Below, one piece after another: positions 1 through 9,485 of a DNA stretch of 64,000 nt. Within the stretch, counting starts at the first letter, position 1; the number at the start of each line of letters is the position of its first letter. The stretch spans positions 1,856,001-1,920,000 of the forward strand of contig OZ242260.1 in the NCBI GenBank assembly GCA_965207065.1, in the 5' to 3' direction. The translations under genes were made by a program, and so were the position numbers. Source of the DNA: a bacterium (GTDB lineage: Bacteria; UBA8248). A model generated the notes under the pieces. It did not search any database. It was not told the DNA's origin and saw only the letters and a program-made list of their open reading frames with translations.

Positions 1-199
1 GGTAGGATTCGAGATCATGACCGTCGCGCTCATGATGTGCCTGCTGGTGCCGCGCATGCGGGCGGAATCGGCGCCGCGCGGCGCGCTTTTGCTGGGTTTT
101 TTGTTGTCTCTGGCGGCGATGATCGTCCTGTATCTGGGACTGGTGCCGATGCTGAACATCCCGTTGCCGCTCAAATTCTTGCCGATCTACATCTTCTAG
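1..199 (+). CDS. Tripartite tricarboxylate transporter TctB-like small membrane subunit (5' truncated)
   Basis: Hydrophobic C-terminus ending ...LNIPLPLKFLPIYIF, directly upstream of a TctA gene. Confidence 0.6.
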   Translation, partial: VGFEIMTVALMMCLLVPRMRAESAPRGALLLGFLLSLAAMIVLYLGLVPMLNIPLPLKFLPIYIF

Positions 200-228
200 G
201 GCCGTAATTGATGGAAGGGCAGTGATAG

Positions 229-1758
229 ATGGAAGGAACTCTCGGTCACATATTCGCAGCGACCAGCCAACTCGCCTCGCCCGCCATCCTTGCGATCATG
301 CTGGGGGGAGTCGCCATCGGCGTCCTCATGGGCGCCATGCCAGGATTCGGCAGTTCACAGGCATTGGCCCTTCTTTTTCCCCTGACCTTCACGATGCCCG
401 TGGAGCACGCGACCATGTTCTTCCTCGCCGTCTACTCGGGGGTCGAATACGGAAGCTCCATTCCGGCCATCCTGATCCGCACGCCGGGGACGGGTGCGTC
501 CGCGGTTACCGTGCTCGACGGCTACGCCATGACCCGCAACGGTCTCGCGCGCAAGGCGCTGCGCATCTCCCTCTACTCAGGGGTGATCGGCGGCGTCACG
601 AGCACGCTGATTTTCATTATCGCAGGCACCTCGCTCGGCAACGTCGCCCTGATGTTCGGGCCGGGCGAATTGTTCGCGGTCGGCGTGTTCGGTCTGTCGA
701 TCGTGGCGAGCTTCTTCGGAAAGGACGCCGCGCGCGGTTTCCTCGCCACGGGCATCGGATTGTTGCTGGCCACGGTCGGGAGTTCGGGCTTCGGCGGACT
801 GCGCTTCACCTTCGACCAGGGTTACCTGATGGACGGCATTCCGCTGGTCGTGGTCATCATCGCCTTTCTGGCGGGGCCCGAGGCGTTCCACCTCCTGGTG
901 GAGCACCGGCGCACCATCGAGAACAAAGAAACCGCCGCTGAAGGAGCCTCCGCCGAGCGCAACCGGATTCAGCGGTGGGAAGTGCGCAGCCTCATTCCCA
1001 CATGGATTCGCGCGAGCTTGATCGGAACAGGGGTCGGCGCGGTTCCGGGAGCGGGCGGATCCATCGCCGGCATGCTGGCCTACAGCGAGGAGAGGCGGTG
1101 GTCGAAGCGCTCGGATAAATTCGGCACCGGCATCATCGAGGGCGTCGCCGCGCCCGAGTGTTCGAACAACGCCTTGGTCGCGGGCACGCTCGTGCCCTCG
1201 CTCTCGCTCGGCATTCCGGGTTCGGGCGGCGCGGCCATTCTACTGGGCGTCCTGATCAGCAAGGGTCTGGTTCCCGGCCCGCTGCTCTTCCGGGACAACG
1301 GTACGTTCGTGATGACGGTGTTCATCGGCCTTTTCGTGATCAACCTCATGCTCCTGTGCACGGGCCTCGTCGGCACCCGCGCCTTCAGCCTCGTCGCCAA
1401 GGTGCCCCGCCGCATCCTGGGGCCGTTCGTCCTGATTCTCATCGTCGTCGGCAGCTTCGTGTACGCGAACTACACGTCCCACGTCGTCATGGTGCTCATC
1501 CTGGGCGCGCTCGCCTATTTCTTCGAGAAGATCAACATTCCCGTCGTGCCCATCGTGCTCGCCTTCATCATGGGGCCGATTATCGAGATCAACCTGAGCC
1601 GCGCGCTCACGATCTCGGGTGGGGACATGTGGGCTCTCCTGTCCAGCCCCATCACGGCGACCATTCTCGTGCTCTCCCTCATCACGGCGGTCTACAGCAT
1701 GGCCGCCATGTTCCGAGCGGCGAAACTCGGGCTTACCGGGGGAACTTCCGCCGAATAG
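229..1758 (+). CDS. tctA: Tripartite tricarboxylate transporter permease TctA family
   Basis: 509-aa polytopic protein with GAMPG, YGSSIPAILIRTPGT, GVAAPECSNNA and LGIPGS motifs. Confidence 0.92.
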   Translation: MEGTLGHIFAATSQLASPAILAIMLGGVAIGVLMGAMPGFGSSQALALLFPLTFTMPVEHATMFFLAVYSGVEYGSSIPAILIRTPGTGASAVTVLDGYAMTRNGLARKALRISLYSGVIGGVTSTLIFIIAGTSLGNVALMFGPGELFAVGVFGLSIVASFFGKDAARGFLATGIGLLLATVGSSGFGGLRFTFDQGYLMDGIPLVVVIIAFLAGPEAFHLLVEHRRTIENKETAAEGASAERNRIQRWEVRSLIPTWIRASLIGTGVGAVPGAGGSIAGMLAYSEERRWSKRSDKFGTGIIEGVAAPECSNNALVAGTLVPSLSLGIPGSGGAAILLGVLISKGLVPGPLLFRDNGTFVMTVFIGLFVINLMLLCTGLVGTRAFSLVAKVPRRILGPFVLILIVVGSFVYANYTSHVVMVLILGALAYFFEKINIPVVPIVLAFIMGPIIEINLSRALTISGGDMWALLSSPITATILVLSLITAVYSMAAMFRAAKLGLTGGTSAE

Positions 1759-1983
1759 GCGGGATAGATGGGGGCGCTCGCCCGGTTGTGGAAGCCTCGT
1801 CGACGATATGCCCGATGTGTCGGAACCGTTGTAGCCGGGTGATTCTCCACTCGCGGGCGTGGAACAGTCCTTCTCGATGGTCGATCTTTTCTCCTCCTCC
1901 AATTCATTGCCGACACGCCCTCGACCGCCGCGTAAATTTCCGATAATCGAAAGACTCTAATTAATTAGCACAGGAGAAAAATC

Positions 1984-2859
1984 GTGAGTGAAAAGCTTGG
2001 AATGATCGGACTGGGAAAGATGGGGCTCCCGCTCTCGCGGCAGATGATGGCGGACGGCCACGGGATCGTCGGCTACGATATCGACCCCGCGCGGATGAAG
2101 ATGCTGGAGGAGGAAGGCGGGCGCCCCGCCGCTTCGGCGAAGGAAGTGGCCGAGCAAAGCGAAATCACTTTCAGCATACTCCTGAAACCAGAGCACATCG
2201 AAGAAAACACGTTCGGCCCGAAAGGAATCGTCGCCGCCGGAAAGAAGGGTCACATTCACGTCGAAATGAGCACCATGGAGCCCTCCTTTCAGGCCGGTCT
2301 GGCCGAGCGGCTCGCCGCCGAGGGCATCGAGATGCTGGATGCGCCGATATCGGGTTCCCACAACAGGGTCGATACGAGAACCATTTCCTTCATGGTGGGC
2401 GGCAATAAAGAAGTCTTCGAGCGGGTAAAGCCGATTCTCGATCCGCTGGCGGCGGATGCGGCCCACACGGGTCCGAGCGGAACCGGGGCCACCATGAAAG
2501 TCGTGACCAACCTATTCGTCAACTCGTGCACGGCGCTGTTCGCCGAGTTGATCGTGGTGGGCGAGCGCGCGGGCCTCTCGCACGAGATTATGCAGCACTG
2601 CCTCTCGAAGGGTTCCGTGCAAGGCTCCATGCTTTCACAGACTGCCCCCAGAATGTTCGAGCGGGATTTCGCCCCGCGCGGCGCGGTGGAAATATTCGTG
2701 AAGGACATGGGCCTCGCGATCAAGCTTGCCGAGGAGCACGGGATCGAACTCGCCATTGTTCCCGCGGCGCGCAAGATGTTCGAGCGGGCCGAGGCCGCTG
2801 GCTGGGGCAAGGACGACGCGAGCCGCGTCATCGAGGTGTACGAAGGGAAGGATAAGTAA
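1984..2859 (+). CDS. NAD(P)-dependent oxidoreductase, 3-hydroxyisobutyrate dehydrogenase family
   Basis: GLGKMG Rossmann motif, DAPISG, KVVTN, KDMGLA; AGGAG RBS. Confidence 0.9.
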   Translation: MSEKLGMIGLGKMGLPLSRQMMADGHGIVGYDIDPARMKMLEEEGGRPAASAKEVAEQSEITFSILLKPEHIEENTFGPKGIVAAGKKGHIHVEMSTMEPSFQAGLAERLAAEGIEMLDAPISGSHNRVDTRTISFMVGGNKEVFERVKPILDPLAADAAHTGPSGTGATMKVVTNLFVNSCTALFAELIVVGERAGLSHEIMQHCLSKGSVQGSMLSQTAPRMFERDFAPRGAVEIFVKDMGLAIKLAEEHGIELAIVPAARKMFERAEAAGWGKDDASRVIEVYEGKDK

Positions 2860-3046
2860 TTAACCTTCGGGGGTGGAGGCCGGCGCCTGTGGGCGGTCTC
2901 GCTGATTATTCACGTTCTTGGGAAATCGGCTATTCCCATATCAATTTACCTGCTTTCTCCATTTGTTATTCTGGATGAATTCATAATAGTCTTGAGCGGC
3001 GTATTCAGACGATGAACATGGATTTTCATATCGTGGAAGGGAAAAT

Positions 3047-4225
3047 ATGAGCGTTGCCGATATCCGGGTGGAAGGACATTGCCATAGCGATTTTTCAGTA
3101 GTGGAAGAAGAATTTCGTGAAAATTTCGTGAGCCGGGGCGAGATCGGCGCCGCCGTATGCGTGTACAAGGACGGCGAGAAAGTCGTTGACCTCTGGGGAG
3201 GCCACCGGGACGAGGCCCGCACGCAGCCCTGGACGGAAGACACCATCGTGCTCATGAGTTCCATCGCCAAGAGCATCACCGCGCTCTCCGTCCACATGCT
3301 CGTGGACCGGGGCCTGGTTTCGCTGGAGGAACCGGTGGCGCGGTATTGGCCGGAATTCGCCCAGAGCGGCAAGGAAAACATACTGCTGCGGCACACCATC
3401 TCCCATCAATGCGGCGTCATCTTCTGCGACGCCGCCAAGCCCGGCGACTTTTTCGATTACCCGGCCCAGGTGGCCGCTATCGCAGCCCAGGAACCCGCTT
3501 GGCCCGCGGGAACGAGGGGCGCATACAACTCCATCAACTTCGGGTTCATCCACGGCGAAATCGTCCGCCGGGTGAGTGGCAAGCGAATCCGCGACTTCAT
3601 CCGGGAGGAGATTACGGGTCCGCTGGGTGCTGATTACAACGTCGGGCTGAACGAAGAAGAACTCGCGCGGGTCGCGCCCATGCACCGCAATCCCGAGAAC
3701 AAATTCTGGGAGCTGGGCGAAAAGTCCGGCACGATGCTGAACAGGGCGTGGGGGAGCCGGCCGCTGGGCGTCGATCTGGTGAATTGCCGTGAGAACCGCG
3801 TGGGCGAGAACCCATCCTCGGGCGGCCACGGAAACGCGCGCGGCATCGCACGCGTGTACGCGATGCTGGCCAATAATGGAGAAATCGACGGCGTCCGCCT
3901 GCTCAAGCCCGAAACGGTGGAGCAACTCTCAATAATTCAGTGGGAGGGCATCTGCCCGATGACCGGTTCGGCCCGGCGAATGGGCCTCGGCTTCATGCAC
4001 AACTGCCCCCCGAACACACTGATGGGAAGCAACATGAAGGCCTTCGGCCATGGCGGCTCAGGCGGGGCATTCACGTTCTGCGACAGGGCGCGGAACATGG
4101 CGTTCGGCTTCTGCACCAACTTCCAGCCCGAGGGCATGCCCCCCGGAATCCGCCCACGTTCGCTGGTCACAGCCGCCTGTGGAACGGCGCCGGACTGGCA
4201 TCCCGAGGCGGTACAACCATCCTAG
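3047..4225 (+). CDS. Serine hydrolase, beta-lactamase/family VIII esterase fold
   Basis: VVDLWGG, SxxK (SIAK), YWPEF, FGHGGSGG. Confidence 0.88.
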   Translation: MSVADIRVEGHCHSDFSVVEEEFRENFVSRGEIGAAVCVYKDGEKVVDLWGGHRDEARTQPWTEDTIVLMSSIAKSITALSVHMLVDRGLVSLEEPVARYWPEFAQSGKENILLRHTISHQCGVIFCDAAKPGDFFDYPAQVAAIAAQEPAWPAGTRGAYNSINFGFIHGEIVRRVSGKRIRDFIREEITGPLGADYNVGLNEEELARVAPMHRNPENKFWELGEKSGTMLNRAWGSRPLGVDLVNCRENRVGENPSSGGHGNARGIARVYAMLANNGEIDGVRLLKPETVEQLSIIQWEGICPMTGSARRMGLGFMHNCPPNTLMGSNMKAFGHGGSGGAFTFCDRARNMAFGFCTNFQPEGMPPGIRPRSLVTAACGTAPDWHPEAVQPS

Positions 4226-4324
4226 GCGGGTGATTCTTCACTCGTGAGCGAGAACCACTCTCCCCAGGGACTGTTGAAAAAGTCCCCAAAGAGGTTGTTA
4301 CCCCCTCAATCGAAAGTGTTCACC

Positions 4325-4350
4325 GTCATTCCGGCGAAAGCCGGAATGAC
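4325..4350. repeat. Intergenic palindrome GTCATTCCGGC-GAAA-GCCGGAATGAC (REP-like)
   Basis: Perfect 11-bp inverted repeat with GAAA loop between convergent genes. Confidence 0.7.
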
Positions 4351-4482
4351 GAAGCCTTTGATCAGTCGATGAGCAGGAGTTTAGGGACAGGACGCGACCT
4401 CGGACAGGCACGGGGGCCTGTCCCTACGGGTAGAATCTTCATCGTGGCGTGGAAAATATCGCAGGGGTTTCGTTCTCGTGCC

Positions 4483-5715
4483 TCAGATAACACCGTCTTG
4501 TTTGAGTCTTTCGATCTCTTCTTTCGCGAGGCCGAGGAGGTCGCCGAGAATCTCCTCGTTGTGCTCGCCGTTCAGGGGCGCGGGGGCGTCGTAGCCGCCG
4601 GGGGTTTTGTTGAATTTAAGCGGAAAGGCCGCCGTTTTGACTTCGCTCAGAGGACCCAGGGTGGGGTGGGGGAGGTCTTCGATCATGTCCCGCGCTTTCA
4701 GGTGCGGCCAGGCGAGGATGTCCCTGATGGTGTGGACCGGTCCGCAGATGACGTCGAAACGGCGCAGTTCCGCGAGCGCCTCATCCACGGTGTGCTTTTC
4801 CGTCCACTGCGTGATGACGGCGTCCACCTCGTCGTTGTTCGTGATGCGGCCGCTCAGGTCCGCATAGCGCGCGTCGCCCACCAGTTCCTCGCGCCCCACG
4901 GCGCGCAGGATATTGTTCCAGTGGGCGTCGGTGCCCGAACCGACCACCAGCCAGCCGTCCTTCGCCTGATACGCGTTGAAGGGGGAGAGGCGCATGATGC
5001 GGTTCCCCAGCCTATCGGGCAGCCCCAGCGAGTCGTAGCAGTCCATCGGCTCATCGAATACCAGGGACAAGAGGCAGTCCACCATCGAGACGTCTATCCA
5101 CTGGCCCTGGCCCGTGCGCTCGCGGTGCAGCAGCGCGGTGGTGATGGCGCCGTAGGCGAACGTGCCCCCGATGCTGTCCGCGATGGCGGAGCCCGTCTTG
5201 GTGGGGGGGCCGTCCGGGAAGCCCGTGAGATTCATGAGGCCCGAGACCGCCTGGGTGACGGCGTCATACCCCTTGAGCCGGGCGTCGGGGCCGCTCTGCC
5301 CGTAGCCGGTGATGGAGCAGTAGACGAGCCCGGGGTTGCGCTTGCTAAGCGTCTCGTAATCTATTTTGAGCCGTCCGGTGACGCCCACCGAGAAATTCTC
5401 GACGAGCACGTCGGCCTCATCCACCAGGCGGTAGAACAGGTCCAGCCCGCGCGGTTCCTTGAGGTTCAGGGTCAGGGATTTTTTGTTGCGGGTTCGCTTC
5501 AGGTAAGCGACGCCCAGATCGTCGTCGGATTGTTTGTGGAAGGACACGCCCTCAGGACCCGCGAAAGGAGGCCCCATGGCCACGACATCGCCCGTGGCCG
5601 GGTGGTTCACCTTGATGACCTCCGCCCCCAGACCGGCGAGCAGGAGCGTCGTCCAGGGACCCGAGTAGAACTGGGTCAGGTCCAGCACCCGGAATCCTTC
5701 CAGTGGTTTCGGCAT
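4483..5715 (-). CDS. Class III CoA-transferase (CaiB/BaiF family)
   Basis: PLEGFRVLDLT, GAEVIKV, RNKKSLTLNLK, DVLVENF, SITGYGQSGP, catalytic Asp in AIADSIGG; start set at MPKPL. Confidence 0.93.
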   Translation of the reverse strand: MPKPLEGFRVLDLTQFYSGPWTTLLLAGLGAEVIKVNHPATGDVVAMGPPFAGPEGVSFHKQSDDDLGVAYLKRTRNKKSLTLNLKEPRGLDLFYRLVDEADVLVENFSVGVTGRLKIDYETLSKRNPGLVYCSITGYGQSGPDARLKGYDAVTQAVSGLMNLTGFPDGPPTKTGSAIADSIGGTFAYGAITTALLHRERTGQGQWIDVSMVDCLLSLVFDEPMDCYDSLGLPDRLGNRIMRLSPFNAYQAKDGWLVVGSGTDAHWNNILRAVGREELVGDARYADLSGRITNNDEVDAVITQWTEKHTVDEALAELRRFDVICGPVHTIRDILAWPHLKARDMIEDLPHPTLGPLSEVKTAAFPLKFNKTPGGYDAPAPLNGEHNEEILGDLLGLAKEEIERLKQDGVI

Positions 5716-5800
5716 GACATGCTCCTGAGAAAAGAAAACGAGACGCATTTTTCTGCATCTCGATGATTCGTATGCGGTTTTCCGTTTCGTTATCGAGCGG

Positions 5801-6646
5801 TCAGTCCCCGCCGCCGTTCGTCTTCTCCTTGACGCGGCGAGCCTCGTCCATGGGGCACAGGGTGATGCAGGTCGCGCAGATGTGCGGCGCGTTCTCGGTG
5901 AAGGCCATCATGCGCCCGGCGAGCTGGAGTTCGGGATAGCCGTAGCGTTTCTTGAAGACGTCGACGGCTTTTTCCGGCGAGACTTTTTGGGGATACATGA
6001 CCATGCACTTGTAGTGGTCCACCGCGCCGTCTCCGGGGAGGGCGCCCGCAGGACAGGGCTTGATGCACTTGTACCCGCACTCCACGCAGAAATCGGGCAC
6101 CACGCCGTATTGCCTGGGCGGGTCGGGTTCGAGCGCCGCCGTCGTGATGACGGCACCCAGACGCAGGCGCGAACCGTATTCGGCGGTGATGAGGTTGTTG
6201 TTCACGCCGATTTCGCCCATGCCTGCGTTCACCGCCGCGAGCCTCAAGTCGAAGGAGCCCTGCATGAAGACTTCCGGTTCCGGGCCTTCGCGCAGGATGC
6301 GGAGCGAGGGTATGTCCCGCCCGGCGGGCGTGGGCAGCGCCATGTGTCCTTCATCCTCGAGCCAGAGCGCCAGCCGGTATGAGAGCTTGTTGATCCAGGC
6401 CTCGTGCCCGTAATAGCCGAATTCCAGATAGCCCACCGTAGGGCGTGAAGTGGCGTTGCCGAAGGGCATGCGGCGCGCGAAGACGACGACGCTTCTGGCT
6501 TCCTTTACGAGGTCTTCGGGCTTGCAGCCGGGGAGCGCTTTCTCGTAACCCTCGCAAGAGGAAATGTTTACGAGGTCAGCGCCGAATTCCCGGGCCTGCG
6601 CCTTGACTTCGGCGGAGGAAATCCCGGTGCCTGAGCCGTTATCCAT
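5801..6646 (-). CDS. QueG/reductive-dehalogenase-like 2x[4Fe-4S] protein (probably corrinoid-binding), paralog 2
   Basis: AVNAGMGEIGVNNNLITAEYGSRLRLGAVIT; CVECGYKCIKPCP and C...CATCITLCP cluster motifs. Confidence 0.8.
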   Translation of the reverse strand: MDNGSGTGISSAEVKAQAREFGADLVNISSCEGYEKALPGCKPEDLVKEARSVVVFARRMPFGNATSRPTVGYLEFGYYGHEAWINKLSYRLALWLEDEGHMALPTPAGRDIPSLRILREGPEPEVFMQGSFDLRLAAVNAGMGEIGVNNNLITAEYGSRLRLGAVITTAALEPDPPRQYGVVPDFCVECGYKCIKPCPAGALPGDGAVDHYKCMVMYPQKVSPEKAVDVFKKRYGYPELQLAGRMMAFTENAPHICATCITLCPMDEARRVKEKTNGGGD

Positions 6647-7549
6647 CTAGGGATTCTCCAGTAATGCCGGGTCGATGACCTTGCGCGCGTCTTCTTCGGA
6701 CCAGGATTCGCGGTGAAAAGGCGTATCTGCGAAATCGCGGCCCTGATCCATCGGGCAGAGCGCGATGCATGTGCTGCAGGCATGCGGCGGGCTGTCGGTG
6801 TAGGAGAGGCCTTTGGCCGCCATGATGAGGGGCTTGCCCCGGAACAGTTTCCTGAAGTGGGTGAGGGCTTTTTCCGGCGCGACCAGGTCCGGCCGTATGA
6901 CCATACAGCGGTAGTGATCGACGGTACCGTCGCCCGGGAGCGCGTTCGCGGGGCAGGCTTCGACGCAGCGAAAGCCGCATTCACGGCAGAACTCAGGCAC
7001 AACGCCGTACTGGTTGGGCGGGTCGGGCTGGAGGCGCGCCTCGGTGAGTACCGCGCCCAGGCGGACGCGCGAGCCGTACTTGGGCGTGATGAGGCAATTG
7101 TTGGCTCCGATATGCCCGAGGCCGGCCTTGACCGCCGCGAGCCGCAAGTCGAAGGAGCCTTGCAGGAAGACTTTGGGATCCGGCTCTTCTTCTTCCACGC
7201 GGAAGCTCGTGATATCGCGCCCGCATGGCGTGGCGCCCGAGAGCCAGCCCGCGTCTTCGAGATGAAGCGAGAGGCGGTAGCAGGCTTCGTTCAGGAAATT
7301 CTCGGGGATGTATTCGCCGAATTCCATCGCACCGATGCTGGGATAGGGCGTGGCGGCGGCGAAGGGGATGCGCTTGGCGATCACGACGACGCTGTTCGCC
7401 ATGTTGAACAAGTCTCTGGGTCGGCAGCCGGGAGCGGCTTCCGCGAAATCCTCCGCCGATGCGACCCCCGCGAGGTCAGCCCCCAGTTCACGGGCGAGGC
7501 GCTTAACCTCTTGATTATCAATGGGTTTTCGGGCCTCGGTTCGGCTCAT
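6647..7549 (-). CDS. QueG/reductive-dehalogenase-like 2x[4Fe-4S] protein (probably corrinoid-binding), paralog 1
   Basis: GADLAGVA, AVKAGLGHIGANNCLITPKYGSRVRLGAVLT; CRECGFRCVEACP and CSTCIALCP; start uncertain. Confidence 0.8.
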   Translation of the reverse strand: MSRTEARKPIDNQEVKRLARELGADLAGVASAEDFAEAAPGCRPRDLFNMANSVVVIAKRIPFAAATPYPSIGAMEFGEYIPENFLNEACYRLSLHLEDAGWLSGATPCGRDITSFRVEEEEPDPKVFLQGSFDLRLAAVKAGLGHIGANNCLITPKYGSRVRLGAVLTEARLQPDPPNQYGVVPEFCRECGFRCVEACPANALPGDGTVDHYRCMVIRPDLVAPEKALTHFRKLFRGKPLIMAAKGLSYTDSPPHACSTCIALCPMDQGRDFADTPFHRESWSEEDARKVIDPALLENP

Positions 7550-8173
7550 GAGAAACCTCGGGTTTTCGCCGTCGGCATCTGTTCGGTGACGTGGAGTTCT
7601 CGTCCTCTCGCGGAATCCATTTTGCCCTGAAGGGTTCATTCGAGAGGATGTGATGAATCTATCACAGCGCCGCGATGAGGCAAAATCGTTTCAAACGGGT
7701 CGTTCGGCGGCCGTCAGGTGCGTGATGCGCATTTCCCCGCAATTGCGGTCATCGCGCGGGACGCGGGCCATGGCAGAATTCCCCTGCGCTCGAATGCACC
7801 GGGCGTCATTTCCCCCCAAATAAATATTCAGAAATTTATCGAAAAACCCCGTGAATTTATCTGAATTTATCGAATTTTACGGAAATTATTATTTGCATTA
7901 TGCGCCTTCTGCGTTTCGCCCGGGCGGCGGCCCGGTTCCTGCGGGCAGCGCCCCTTCCGCCGCCTGAAAAAACGAAGGCCGACGGACGGCCTCTCCAGCA
8001 TACCCCGTCGACGCGAAAGTCCCCCGGCGGCAAATGCGGGGAATTGCGGGGTCAAACGCGATTGATGAATGAGTGTTTGACGCGACGGAGGAAGGAGGGT
8101 TTGTGGCCCGAGAGAAGAGGGTCTGTGATTCTGGATGCCTCTCTCTTCCGTAGGGGAGAGTGCGTAGTCAACC

Positions 8174-8234
8174 CCGACCGATAAGGGAGGGGTTGCCGAC
8201 CGATAAGGGAGGGGTTGCCGACCGATGAGGGAGG
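8174..8234 (+). repeat. 22-bp tandem repeat CCGACCGATAAGGGAGGGGTTG (about 2.8 copies)
   Basis: Copies at 8174-8195, 8196-8217 and a partial copy at 8218-8234; inverted partial copies at 8391-8403 and 8410-8422. Confidence 0.85.
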
Positions 8235-8420
8235 AGCCGCCCCCGCGCGCCGTCTTCCCGCCCGTCATGCCGGAGCCCTTTCATCCGGCATCCGGCGTCT
8301 TTGCGAATGAGAAGAGACGCGACCCGGCGATTGGGAACCGCGCGGCGGACGAGGAATGGCGTACGGATGTCTTTCCCGCCCCTGGCGAACCCTCATCGGT
8401 CGGGTTCTGCCTCCCTCATC

Positions 8421-8643
8421 GGGTCTGTTGAAAAACCCCTCATCCCGAGTAGGCGCGCTTGCGCGCCGTATCGAGGGACGGACGCAATCCCTCACTGTTC
8501 AATCGGGATTGACCCTTCGATACAAACACTCCTTTCTCAGTCGCGTTTGACCTTCGGCGGCTACTCAGGGTGAGGGCGATACGGCGGCCTGGCGGGGCGA
8601 GGGGAACACGCCCGCTACTGAAACGGAGTTTTTCAACAACCCC
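8421..8643. mobile_element. Putative MITE (about 220 bp, non-coding)
   Basis: Terminal inverted repeats GGGTCTGTTGAAAAAC / GTTTTTCAACAACCCC (14/16 match); internal segment repeated at about 12144-12180. Confidence 0.55.
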
Positions 8644-8763
8644 TCCCCGGCCGGGTTCGACCCCCGCCATTGACACCGCATCCCCTGCGTGAAAGCATCG
8701 CGGGAAACATCATCAACCAAGCGGGCGTTGTTCGCCTCCCGCCTCTCGATAAGGAGAGCAAGA

Positions 8764-9360
8764 ATGATACGGTGTATCAGTCGGTGTGCGGCGGTGATCT
8801 GTCTGGCGGTTTTTCTTGCGTGCGCGTTCGCTCTGAACACGGCGCAAGCCGCCGGGAAAGACGTCGTATTTGTGAAAGCGTTTTATCCCCTCGATGAGCC
8901 GAGGTTTCACTGCATCGACATCCCCGGTCACCGGGACCGCGTGAGAACCACCGCCGCCCTCGTCGTGCACACCTGCAAGGAGGGCATCTGGAACCTGGAC
9001 GGGCAGTTCGACCCCGCTTCTGTCAGGAAGGGCATGCTCCGGATGCCCGAATACGGCCTGTGCGTCGCCGCGGCCGCAGCCAAAGACGGCGCGAAGCTCG
9101 CCCTCAAAAAATGCGACGGCTCGACCCTCCAGACCTGGCGCTTTGATAACTACCGCTTAAGCTTGAAGGCGCATCCCGACAAGTGCATCACCATCGGCCC
9201 GGAACCCTCCCGGCTCACGCGGGGCGGACGCAGGCTCCCGAGCCGCCACATGGCGCGCTCCCTCGCCCTCGGGACGTGTTCGGAAGAATTTTTGGAAAGA
9301 CAACTCTGGCGGATGGAAAAGCCCATGAAGCGCACCGGCTCCATCATGCCGTTCAAGTAA
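8764..9360 (+). CDS. Secreted ricin-type beta-trefoil (lectin-like) protein
   Basis: Signal peptide; CIDIPG...HTC, LCV...LKKCDGSTLQTW, KCIT...QLW (QxW) repeats. Confidence 0.7.
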   Translation: MIRCISRCAAVICLAVFLACAFALNTAQAAGKDVVFVKAFYPLDEPRFHCIDIPGHRDRVRTTAALVVHTCKEGIWNLDGQFDPASVRKGMLRMPEYGLCVAAAAAKDGAKLALKKCDGSTLQTWRFDNYRLSLKAHPDKCITIGPEPSRLTRGGRRLPSRHMARSLALGTCSEEFLERQLWRMEKPMKRTGSIMPFK

Positions 9361-9485
9361 GGGCGAGGCGCTTCCACTTCATCTCGGGCCGGCGTGGGTG
9401 ACAGGTCGCGACCTGTCCCTGCCATATGATGCGAAGCTCTTCATTCAGTTGATTTCCCGATGTCACGAAGAGGAGGACTCACGCC

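Noticed and set aside
1832-4260. Faint resemblance of the 38-bp repeat to a type I-E CRISPR repeat
   Set aside because: Only two degenerate copies, 2.4 kb apart.
4369-5766. Long antisense or alternate-frame ORFs (also 13337-15037, 37894-39225, 51942-53429 and others)
   Set aside because: They overlap well-supported genes, carry no motifs, and are expected in high-GC DNA.
7640-7830. Cobalamin riboswitch upstream of the QueG-like genes
   Set aside because: A GGGAA..CCGGTGCA fragment exists on the minus strand, but the conserved pairing and B12 box could not be found.
8174-8234. Possible CRISPR array
   Set aside because: Repeats are head-to-tail with no spacers, and there are no cas genes.
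7867-8676. Short ORFs in the intergenic stretch
   Set aside because: They run through repeats and the putative MITE, are Arg/Pro-rich, and have no recognisable domain.
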